Positions 9,863-16,518 of a stretch of DNA of 38,721 nucleotides are shown here, in pieces. A program made the translations under genes and the position numbers. Within the stretch, counting starts at the first letter, position 1. Each line of letters begins with the position of its first letter. The stretch comes from an uncultured Candidatus Saccharibacteria bacterium (GTDB taxonomy: Bacteria; Patescibacteriota; Minisyncoccia; UBA6257; UBA11618): assembly GCA_964488085.1 (NCBI GenBank), contig CAZATK010000003.1, positions 1 to 38,721 of the forward strand, read 5' to 3'. The notes under the pieces are model-generated. The model did not search any database. It saw only the letters and a list, made by a program, of their open reading frames with translations, and was not told the origin of the DNA.

Positions 9863-9933
9863 GCGGGTATCGTATAACGGTATTACTACAGGTTTCCAAC
9901 CTGTTAACAGGGGTTCGACTCCCCTTACCCGCT
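9863..9933 (+). tRNA. tRNA-Gly (anticodon UCC)
   Basis: GCGGGTATCGTATAACGGTATTAC... Anticodon stem acagg/cctgt with loop tTTCCaa. T-arm agggg-ttcgact-cccct. Acceptor gcgggta/tacccgc. Close to the E. coli glyT pattern. No encoded CCA. Confidence 0.9.
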
Positions 9934-9942
9934 CACTAAAAT

Positions 9943-9977
9943 AAACAACCTCATTAATTGAGGTTGTTTATTTTTAT
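9943..9977 (+). terminator. rho-independent terminator after tRNA-Gly
   Basis: aaacaacctca-ttaa-ttgaggttgttt followed by atttttatt. Confidence 0.75.
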
Positions 9978-10156
9978 TGAGTGTATTGAGGGAGTCGAAC
10001 CCAGCCGCACCCCGATCAGGAAGATAGGAGGTCGCCGAAGGCGACCGACGTAAGAAACCGAAGGTGTCTTAAGCGGGGGTCGGGGTGCGGCGTAGGGTTC
10101 GGCGAGCCTTTGGGTCATCTGACCAAAGGCGAAGCGAAACTCCCCTTACCCGCTCA
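9978..10156 (+). other. GC-rich multi-helix element ending in an exact 18-nt copy of the tRNA-Gly 3' end
   Basis: 10139-10156 (actccccttacccgctca) is identical to 9918-9935 inside tRNA-Gly. The left end (9978-9995, tgagtgtattgagggagt) is an imperfect inverted copy of the right end. Nested helices: gggagt/actccc, gtcgaaccc/gggttcggc, ccgcaccccgat/gtcggggtgcgg, ggtcgcc/ggcgacc and cctttgggtca/tgaccaaagg. The G-U wobbles are valid only on the plus strand. Confidence 0.5.
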
Positions 10157-10196
10157 AAAAAAAGCCCCCGAGCAGAATTGAATTCTGCGTGGGGGC
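10156..10196 (-). terminator. strong rho-independent terminator of the two-gene cassette
   Basis: The minus strand reads GCCCCCACGCAGAATTCAATTCTGCTCGGGGGC followed by TTTTTTTT. Confidence 0.85.
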
Positions 10197-10205
10197 TTTA
10201 ACACT

Positions 10206-10568
10206 TCAATGAACAAGCATGGCCGCATTTGCGCCATGTTCTTCAAGACATGCTTCGGCATTATTAATTAAGTTATGAAGTTGCCTTTTGAGCTTTTGTT
10301 GTCCTGAACATCCTTCGGGAATGCGAGGCATCATCTCTTTTATGTCCTCAATGTGCTGACGACGAAACTCCAAAAGTACGTATCGCCTACTGGGAACTCC
10401 TCTCCAAAGTTCAAGAAAAATACCATTTGTCATTTTATTAATCATCTGCACGCTAAACCAGCTTAAAGCTAAACTAGTTTCACTTATCAGCTCATCAATA
10501 CCACCAAGATGGCTTATACAGCCATCTTGGTCTAAAGAAACTGACAAGAAGCTGAATCTCACATTCAT
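10206..10568 (-). CDS. hypothetical protein (120 aa), distal gene of the GC-rich cassette
   Basis: AAGGAG SD 8 nt upstream of the ATG, directly after the stop of the upstream ORF. Followed by the strong terminator. GC clearly above the local background. No recognisable family. Confidence 0.6.
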   Translation of the reverse strand: MNVRFSFLSVSLDQDGCISHLGGIDELISETSLALSWFSVQMINKMTNGIFLELWRGVPSRRYVLLEFRRQHIEDIKEMMPRIPEGCSGQQKLKRQLHNLINNAEACLEEHGANAAMLVH

Positions 10569-10586
10569 AAGCGGGGTCTCCTTTTG

Positions 10587-10955
10587 TTACGAGGTTTTGT
10601 TCTTGACGTGGTCACAACAGAGACACAAGGCAAAATAACCTACCATATGAACCTCTGCTCTTCTACACACTCTACACCGCCGCACACGTGTTCTTCTGCA
10701 TCGCGCCATTGGCCTACCACAACAACGGGTGAACCAATAACTCTTTATGCCGAAGAACCCCGAATTAAGCTCTTGATGTTCACGGCCAATACATTCCCAA
10801 TCCGGCACATGTGGCATTTTTTGAGGAAGTAATAATGTCTTTATATTAAGTTCCTCGGGATGGTAATCATTATCAGGACACCGAGGACTAAAAAGTTCGC
10901 TACTGATGCTTCTTGTCACAGCCGTTCTCCATTTCTTAGTTGCTTGCCTTGTCAA
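10587..10955 (-). CDS. hypothetical Cys/Arg-rich protein (up to 122 aa), proximal gene of the GC-rich cassette
   Basis: C-terminal half is dense in Cys and Arg (RCCGRPMARCRRTRVRRCRVCRRAEVH...CLCCDH), so it is probably zinc-binding. The start is uncertain. The TTG at 10955 would be nearly leaderless. The GTG at 10919 has GGAG 7 nt upstream and is the more likely start. Confidence 0.5.
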   Translation of the reverse strand: MTRQATKKWRTAVTRSISSELFSPRCPDNDYHPEELNIKTLLLPQKMPHVPDWECIGREHQELNSGFFGIKSYWFTRCCGRPMARCRRTRVRRCRVCRRAEVHMVGYFALCLCCDHVKNKTS

Positions 10956-10969
10956 AGAGACGAGTCGTC

Positions 10970-10997
10970 ATTATATACGAAATTAATAAAAAGTCAA
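10970..10997 (-). promoter_or_regulatory. near-consensus sigma70 promoter of the cassette
   Basis: The minus strand reads TTGACT-N16-TATAAT (-35 at 10997-10992, -10 at 10975-10970). It begins 4 nt after the 3' end of tRNA-Leu. Confidence 0.65.
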
Positions 10998-11000
10998 TAG

Positions 11001-11082
11001 TGCGCGGGAGAGGACTCGAACCTCCACGCCTTACGGCGCTACCACCTCAAGGTAGTGCGTCTGCCAGTTTCGCCACCCGCGC
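11001..11082 (-). tRNA. tRNA-Leu (anticodon GAG), class II with long variable arm
   Basis: Reverse complement is GCGCGGGTGGCGAAACTGGCAGACGCACTACCTTGAGGTGGTAGCGCCGTAAGGCGTGGAGGTTCGAGTCCTCTCCCGCGCA. Anticodon loop tTGAGgt. Variable arm cgccgtaaggcgt. Confidence 0.9.
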
Positions 11083-11090
11083 TAATAAAT

Positions 11091-11411
11091 TTAAATTCCG
11101 ATTTTTTGATGAATTTCTTTTTTAGAAAGATTTCTTATGTAATAAAGTTTAGCCCGTTTAACTTTTTTAGGCGAACTAACAATCTCTACTTTAGCAATAC
11201 GCGGTGAATGAATCGGAAAAACTTTTTCAACGCCCTCGCCTGCAACAGTGGCACGAACCGTAAAAGTAGCCCCTATCTCATTGCCATGTTTACGAGCTAA
11301 AACCAACCCGGCAAAAACACTGTTTCTTGTCTTGTCGCCATCCTTTACAATCTCATAGACACGCACCTGCGCTCCCGATTTTATTTTATTGGCAATAGTT
11401 TCTTCTATCAT
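11091..11411 (-). CDS. rplS: 50S ribosomal protein L19
   Basis: 106 aa. Matching segments: SGAQVRVYEIVKDGDKTR...FAGLVLARKHG...TFTVR...GEGVEKVFPIHSPRIAKVEIV. Confidence 0.9.
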   Translation of the reverse strand: MIEETIANKIKSGAQVRVYEIVKDGDKTRNSVFAGLVLARKHGNEIGATFTVRATVAGEGVEKVFPIHSPRIAKVEIVSSPKKVKRAKLYYIRNLSKKEIHQKIGI

Positions 11412-11447
11412 ATTGTTAAGCTGTATTATATATTAATTCTATAAATT

Positions 11448-12551
11448 ATGCGAATTTTAATTGACATAAGACTATTAAGTAAAGGAGGGCAATCTGGAAT
11501 TGAAGAATATACCATTCAGCTTTTAAATCACTTATTCCAATCTGATTCCCCTTACCAATGGCAACTTTTTTATCAGGGTTGGCGAAAAGCGCCATTACCA
11601 AATCATTGGTCGTCAAATGGTACAATAAAAATAATTAATTGGCAATATCCCAATAAAATTTTTGATATTTGGCGACCGAAAATTGACAACTACATAGCAA
11701 CCGATTTAGTTTACAGCCCGCACTTAAATATAATCCGCGCCAACCACGCTCCCCGCATCTTAACTATTCATGATCTATCTTTTATACACCACCCGCATTT
11801 CTTTTCTCTAAAACACCGCCTTTGGCATAAAATACAATCTTATAAAAATCAAATCAAAACAGCATCGGCCATAGTAACCAATTCTATTTATACTAAAAAT
11901 GATTTAATAAACACATTACAAGTTCCACCAGAAAAAATACATGCTATTTATCCGGGAATAAATTCTTCTCTAAAAAAAACCAACCTACCTCGCCCAAAAA
12001 ATTTAGAATTCCCCTATATTTTATATCTAGGCACTATTGAACCAAGAAAAAATATCCCCCTGATAATTAAGGCCTTTAATATTATCAAACAAAAAAAGGA
12101 ATTTAAAAATCTTCGATTAGTCCTTGCGGGAAAATTGGGCTGGTTATATGAAAAAATTTTTCAAGAAATAGAAAAGTCTCGCTTTAAATCCGACATAATT
12201 CTTTGGGGATTAGTAGACCCAAAGGAAAAGAATATGCTGTATAATTTAGCAGAGGCCTTTGTATATCCGTCTTTTTTTGAAGGTTTCGGCTTTCCTCCGT
12301 TAGAGGCGCAGGCGTGTGGCTGTCCGGTTATTGCCAGCAACCGCACTTCCCTGCCAGAAATTTTAGAACAATCGGCGCTGATGATAAACCCCTGGAAAGA
12401 AAAAGACTTGGCGGATAAATTAGAAGCAATTTTAACTGACAAAAATTTAAAAAATAAATTAATCACGGAAGGTTTTAAAAATGTACAAAGATTTAACTGG
12501 AAAAAAACGGTATGCGAATTATTAAAATTATTTTCACAATTTTCTTCTTAA
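11448..12551 (+). CDS. glycosyltransferase, GT-B fold (family 4/1-like)
   Basis: C-terminal FVYPSFFEGFGFPPLEAQACGCPVIASN motif (E-x7-E). Confidence 0.85.
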   Translation: MRILIDIRLLSKGGQSGIEEYTIQLLNHLFQSDSPYQWQLFYQGWRKAPLPNHWSSNGTIKIINWQYPNKIFDIWRPKIDNYIATDLVYSPHLNIIRANHAPRILTIHDLSFIHHPHFFSLKHRLWHKIQSYKNQIKTASAIVTNSIYTKNDLINTLQVPPEKIHAIYPGINSSLKKTNLPRPKNLEFPYILYLGTIEPRKNIPLIIKAFNIIKQKKEFKNLRLVLAGKLGWLYEKIFQEIEKSRFKSDIILWGLVDPKEKNMLYNLAEAFVYPSFFEGFGFPPLEAQACGCPVIASNRTSLPEILEQSALMINPWKEKDLADKLEAILTDKNLKNKLITEGFKNVQRFNWKKTVCELLKLFSQFSS

Positions 12552-14257
12552 TTTTAATAACTGCGGGAATTATTTTTGCTGTGGGATTTTGGAATTTCCA
12601 AAAAGAAGCAATTTATTCAGCAGGGAAAATTTATGATAATGCAAATCTAGCGGCCAATGCTTTAAAAAATTTGGAGACCAAAAAAGCGAAATCTTCTTTA
12701 CAAATTATCCAATCTGAACTTAATCATTGGTTTGATCGTTTAGAATTTTGGGGAAAAATTGTTCCTCTTATCAAATCCATTCCCGAAAGCATAAAACATC
12801 TAAGCGATGTAACCACAACATCAATCAAGCTCACGGATCATTTAGATAATTTAAAAAATAGGGGTGCGCAATTAGTTCTTCAACAAAAAGGAGAGGAATT
12901 GATAAAAATTTTAAAAGACATACAAGGAGAAATCAATATTATTACAAAAACTGCTTCTAATGAGAAATTATATGCGGCAAGTAATTTTATTACAGCTCTT
13001 ATCTCTTGGCTGGACGATCCCCAACCGCAACACATCGTAATTTTATTTCAAAATTCTTCCGAAATGAGGCCCGGAGGCGGATTCATCGGCAGTTATGCCC
13101 ATTTAACTTTAAAAAAGGGCGGGCTGTCCAGTTTGGAAGTGAACGATATTTATGACACCGATGGCCAACTCACCATTAAAGTTATTCCTCCAGAACCGCT
13201 TCAGGCGATTACTACAAACTGGGGCACCCGCGATGCCAATTGGTTTCTAGATTTTCCCACTTCCGCAAATAAAGTTACTAAATTCTTGGAAGCGTCCCGC
13301 ATTTATCAAGACCGCAGTATAAACTTTTCTGGAGCCATTGCTATTAATGACACCGTTGTAAGAGACCTATTAAATATCTTAGGCCCAATAGAAGATATTA
13401 ATTCGGAAAATTTCTTAGCCGAAATTCAAAAAGACGTAGAGACCAAAACTAATAAGGGCATATTGAAACAAATAACTCCTGTTATTTTTGATCGTCTCAA
13501 TCACCTAGAAAACGATGCTGACAAAAAAGCGATTATTAATCTTATAGGAGATAAATTAACGAATAAGGACATTATGATCTATCTTGATAATCCTGTTATG
13601 GAAAGTTTTATTAAAACATTAAATGTGGGTGGAGAATGGTTTGAAATTCCCAATAATTTTACTGGTGATTATTTGGCAGTGGCCAATGCTAATATTGCGG
13701 GAGGAAAAACCGACGCCTTTATAAGCCAAAAAATAATTTTAAATAGTAAAATTAAAAGTAATGGCACGATAGAAAATTATTTAACTGTGGAGCGTGAAAA
13801 TAACGGCAATCAACGCCCTGAAAAATGGTATAACACTACTAATCAGAATTTTATTCAAATTTTCACCCCAAAAAATACAAAACTAAAATTAATATCTGGC
13901 AATGATGAGAAGAAAATAAAATCTCCAATAGATTACGAAAAAGCCAAGCACATTACAGATCCAGACCTGTCAGCTAAAACTGATAAAAATATTTTTAGTG
14001 CGTGGCTTAATGTTCCGGCCGGAGAAAGCAAAAAACTGGAAGTTCAATATTCAAGAGCCGGTTTGAATTTAGACCATAATAATATCCCGTATCAATTTGT
14101 ATTTGATAAACAATCCGGAGTCAATGGATATTTAGAAATTAATATTAAAGCGCCTCTAGGATTTATTTGGAAAGAATCGGGGAGGGATATTTTTGAATAT
14201 AAATCCGATAATATTCCAGTAAAACTAATCTTGAACCTAACAATTTTACAAAACTAG
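12512..14257 (+). CDS. DUF4012 domain-containing membrane-anchored protein
   Basis: N-terminal TM segment and an MRPGGGFIGSYA motif, which I recall as characteristic of DUF4012. That family is common in CPR and Gram-positive cell-envelope loci. Confidence 0.65.
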   Translation: MRIIKIIFTIFFLILITAGIIFAVGFWNFQKEAIYSAGKIYDNANLAANALKNLETKKAKSSLQIIQSELNHWFDRLEFWGKIVPLIKSIPESIKHLSDVTTTSIKLTDHLDNLKNRGAQLVLQQKGEELIKILKDIQGEINIITKTASNEKLYAASNFITALISWLDDPQPQHIVILFQNSSEMRPGGGFIGSYAHLTLKKGGLSSLEVNDIYDTDGQLTIKVIPPEPLQAITTNWGTRDANWFLDFPTSANKVTKFLEASRIYQDRSINFSGAIAINDTVVRDLLNILGPIEDINSENFLAEIQKDVETKTNKGILKQITPVIFDRLNHLENDADKKAIINLIGDKLTNKDIMIYLDNPVMESFIKTLNVGGEWFEIPNNFTGDYLAVANANIAGGKTDAFISQKIILNSKIKSNGTIENYLTVERENNGNQRPEKWYNTTNQNFIQIFTPKNTKLKLISGNDEKKIKSPIDYEKAKHITDPDLSAKTDKNIFSAWLNVPAGESKKLEVQYSRAGLNLDHNNIPYQFVFDKQSGVNGYLEINIKAPLGFIWKESGRDIFEYKSDNIPVKLILNLTILQN

Positions 14258-14304
14258 AAAATATCCTAACTTTTAGACGATCGTCTAAAAGTTAGGATAT
14301 TTTT
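14258..14304. terminator. bidirectional terminator, perfect 46-nt palindrome
   Basis: aaaatatcctaacttttagacga|tcgtctaaaagttaggatatttt, lying between convergent genes. Confidence 0.8.
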
Positions 14305-14977
14305 ATAATGACTTGAGAAATTCTTGCAAATCGTCCGCAAGATCGGCTACTATTTTCAAACGCTTACCATCGAGCGAAGAAAATTCTAATGATTCGGCAT
14401 GCAAAAATTGCCTTTTCATACCCGCATTATCTTTTTTTCCATATAATTTGTCCCCCACCACAGGATGACCGATAGAAGCCAAATGAACTCTTATCTGATG
14501 AGTTCTTCCCGTAAGTGGCTCAACTTCAAGAAGAGAATATTTGTCGCCAACATAATTTCTTAATTTATAACGAGTAACCGCTTCTTTAATCATTTTGGCA
14601 TTTTTAGTAAAAACAGTTCTTTTTAATGATCCTTGTTTTATTCCCATCGGTTTATTAATCAATCCTTCTTTTTCCTTTACTATCCCATGAACCAGCGCTA
14701 TATAAGTTTTTTTTATTTGATGATTTTGAAAAAGGTCTTTGAAATATTCGTAAGTGTTTTGATTTCGCGGAACTAAAATTAATCCTGAGGTTTCCCTATC
14801 AAGACGATGAACGATGCCAGGTCTATTTTTTATATCATCACCAACATTTTTTACCTCTGGATAATTTTCTAAAAGCCATGTCACAAGAGTTATCCCCGGA
14901 CCATGTACCAACAATCCAGCGGGCTTGTTTATGACTAAAAAATCCTTGTCTTGGTATATTACTTTAATATTTTCCAT
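14303..14977 (-). CDS. RluA-family pseudouridine synthase
   Basis: HRLDRETSGL catalytic motif, plus KTYIALV and HQIRVHLA motifs. Confidence 0.88.
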   Translation of the reverse strand: MENIKVIYQDKDFLVINKPAGLLVHGPGITLVTWLLENYPEVKNVGDDIKNRPGIVHRLDRETSGLILVPRNQNTYEYFKDLFQNHQIKKTYIALVHGIVKEKEGLINKPMGIKQGSLKRTVFTKNAKMIKEAVTRYKLRNYVGDKYSLLEVEPLTGRTHQIRVHLASIGHPVVGDKLYGKKDNAGMKRQFLHAESLEFSSLDGKRLKIVADLADDLQEFLKSL

Positions 14978-14981
14978 TATG

Positions 14982-15053
14982 TGGGCGTTATAGGGATTGA
15001 ACCTATGACCTTTTGCGTGTCATGCAAACGCTCTGCCACTGAGCTAAACGCCC
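14982..15053 (-). tRNA. tRNA-Val (anticodon GAC)
   Basis: Reverse complement is GGGCGTTTAGCTCAGTGGCAGAGCGTTTGCATGACACGCAAAAGGTCATAGGTTCAATCCCTATAACGCCCA. Anticodon loop aTGACac. Confidence 0.9.
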
Positions 15054-15117
15054 CCTCTTATTGTTTTTCTTTTATAACTCTTTAGAATCAGTTTAGCAAC
15101 TTAAAAAGGAGAAGCCA

Positions 15118-15492
15118 ATGAAAATGGTTTTTATTGCTGGCCCTTATATTGGTGATGGCACAGAAGAAGAAATTACAAAAAATATCCAAGAGGCGGAAGC
15201 TTTTGCGGTGGCTTTAGCTAATCGGCAGATTCCTTTTTTCTGCGCCCACACCCATACAAGTCATTTTGGAAGAAAAGCTAACGCTCCAGAAAGTTTTTAT
15301 AAGAAATTGGATATGCACATGTTAATGATGGTTTGCAACGCCGTTTTAGCCACACCGCGCTGGCAATGCTCTTCAGGCGCTAAAAAAGAAGTGGAATGGG
15401 CGTTTCAAAAAAGCTATCCATTATTCTTTCCAGAATCGCCTCAAGATGAAATCGTGTTAAATGATATAGAAAGTTGGTTTAATTCCCCTTAA
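15118..15492 (+). CDS. DUF1937/DUF4406-like protein (nucleoside 2-deoxyribosyltransferase-like fold)
   Basis: Good SD (aaaaggagaagccaATG). The N-terminus VFIAGPY...A...A..LA......FCAHTHTSH resembles that superfamily. Higher GC than its neighbours, and the gene has its own terminator. Confidence 0.45.
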   Translation: MKMVFIAGPYIGDGTEEEITKNIQEAEAFAVALANRQIPFFCAHTHTSHFGRKANAPESFYKKLDMHMLMMVCNAVLATPRWQCSSGAKKEVEWAFQKSYPLFFPESPQDEIVLNDIESWFNSP

Positions 15493-15507
15493 ATGGGGAA
15501 TTTTTTA
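15481..15507 (+). terminator. rho-independent terminator
   Basis: aattcccc-ttaaat-ggggaatt followed by tttt. The stop codon sits in the loop. Confidence 0.75.
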
Positions 15508-15510
15508 TTG

Positions 15511-15582
15511 TGGGCATGGATGGAATCGAACCATCGACCTCTGTCTTATCAGGACAGCGTTCTACCACTGAACTACATGCCC
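15511..15582 (-). tRNA. tRNA-Ile (anticodon GAU)
   Basis: Reverse complement is GGGCATGTAGTTCAGTGGTAGAACGCTGTCCTGATAAGACAGAGGTCGATGGTTCGATTCCATCCATGCCCA. Anticodon loop cTGATaa. Confidence 0.92.
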
Positions 15583-15748
15583 ATATTTTGGTGCGGGGTC
15601 AGGATCCCGCACCAAATCAAGCATTTCGCTTTTTAAAATGATAATAGATTATACTAAATCTTTCAACTAAATTTCGATATTTTTTTACTAATATAGTCTC
15701 TAAAAAAAGCGACTTAATAATGCTTGATTGGTGACGGGACTTCGCGGT

Positions 15749-15811
15749 GTTCTACCCGCCTCGACTCGCCTTGCTCATCGAGGCGAGGCGGGCCACTGAA
15801 CTATGTGCCCC
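15749..15811 (-). pseudogene. tRNA 5' fragment (acceptor plus D-arm, tRNA-Ile-like) interrupted by a 38-nt GC hairpin in the D-loop
   Basis: Reverse complement is GGGGCACATAGTTCAGTGG[CCCGCCTCG..CGAGGCGGG]TAGAAC. It matches the first 24 nt of tRNA-Ile at 22 of 24 positions once the hairpin is removed. No anticodon arm, T-arm or 3' acceptor follows. Confidence 0.6.
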
Positions 15812-15818
15812 TTCCTAA

Positions 15819-16019
15819 TTAACGCCTTAATTCCTTAACTTTGTTGAGATTAAATCTAACAAGTTCGCTTTGTTTTATCAAATTGTAATTTAAAACTGAA
15901 TTAAATTTATTAACCAAAAAAGAAATCGCGTAAATACTGAAAGTTAAAAGAATTGAAAAAATCACAACTGCTGTAATCCAAAACAATATTTCGTTTTTAT
16001 TGTGAGAAAACTTTTCCAT
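15819..16019 (-). CDS. small membrane protein (66 aa)
   Basis: Single TM segment (ILFWITAVVIFSILLTFSIYAISFL). Overlaps the end of the upstream gene, which suggests operon coupling. Confidence 0.45.
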   Translation of the reverse strand: MEKFSHNKNEILFWITAVVIFSILLTFSIYAISFLVNKFNSVLNYNLIKQSELVRFNLNKVKELRR

Positions 16020-16518
16020 TGATATTTAGCTGGTATCCTTTATCATCGCTTACAATACGAATGCTATCTAGAGAAATTAAATAATTACTGTTTTCCAAAT
16101 CGTCTAAGAATTTTGACCAATTTGACAATAAACCAGCTACAACTATATTAAAGCTAATATATCCGGGACTTGTTTGATCGCCCTCGCTTTGTGAACCAAA
16201 AGCAAAAGCCAATTGCAAATTATTTTGTTTAGCCAAAGAATTTAATTCTCTGGGAAAATTAATTAATTTATCTTGTTGTGGTAGAATGTTTTCTAAAAAC
16301 TGTCTTTCTGTTTTCGCTTTCTCAAAATCACCACGCAAAGAACTCAAAATAGAAACAGCTTTTGAATAAGAAGCAAATTCGTTCTGACTTTTTTGAATGT
16401 TAGAGACACGACGATTAATATCAAATCCAAGCCAAAAAAGCAGTGCTATTATTAACAAAGCTATTAAAAAATAAGAACCGATGAAAAAAACTAATTTCTT
16501 CCTAAAATCAGATGCCAC
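15997..16518 (-). CDS. PilO-like membrane protein (putative type IV pilus assembly component)
   Basis: The architecture is an N-terminal TM segment, a coiled coil, then a C-terminal alpha/beta domain. The assignment rests on architecture only. Confidence 0.35.
   Translation of the reverse strand: MASDFRKKLVFFIGSYFLIALLIIALLFWLGFDINRRVSNIQKSQNEFASYSKAVSILSSLRGDFEKAKTERQFLENILPQQDKLINFPRELNSLAKQNNLQLAFAFGSQSEGDQTSPGYISFNIVVAGLLSNWSKFLDDLENSNYLISLDSIRIVSDDKGYQLNINGKVFSQ

Noticed and set aside
9978-10156. tmRNA, SRP RNA, RNase P RNA or 6S RNA identity for the structured elements at 9978-10156, 29974-30163 and 33668-33890.
   Set aside because: There is no tag reading frame, and no intact T-arm plus acceptor pairing with a GGGG 5' end, as tmRNA would need. 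No GAGGAAAGUCC-type P4 core was found (RNase P), and no GGAA-tetraloop/AGCA domain IV motif (SRP). Sizes and shapes do not fit. Only a cmscan run can settle this.
10584-10832. 82-aa plus-strand ORF antisense to the Cys/Arg-rich ORF.
   Set aside because: It has no SD or promoter and a Thr/Ser/Pro-rich low-complexity translation. The minus strand has promoter, SD, operon and terminator logic.
10587-10955. HNH endonuclease assignment for the Cys-rich protein (CxxC...VH...LCLCCDH).
   Set aside because: The spacing between the His and the second Cys pair is far too short, and the conserved Asn and second His of HNH are missing. It is left as an unknown zinc-binding protein.
10940-11125. 61-aa plus-strand ORF across tRNA-Leu.
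   Set aside because: It is the antisense of a canonical tRNA-Leu gene and of the rplS 3' end, and is not coding.
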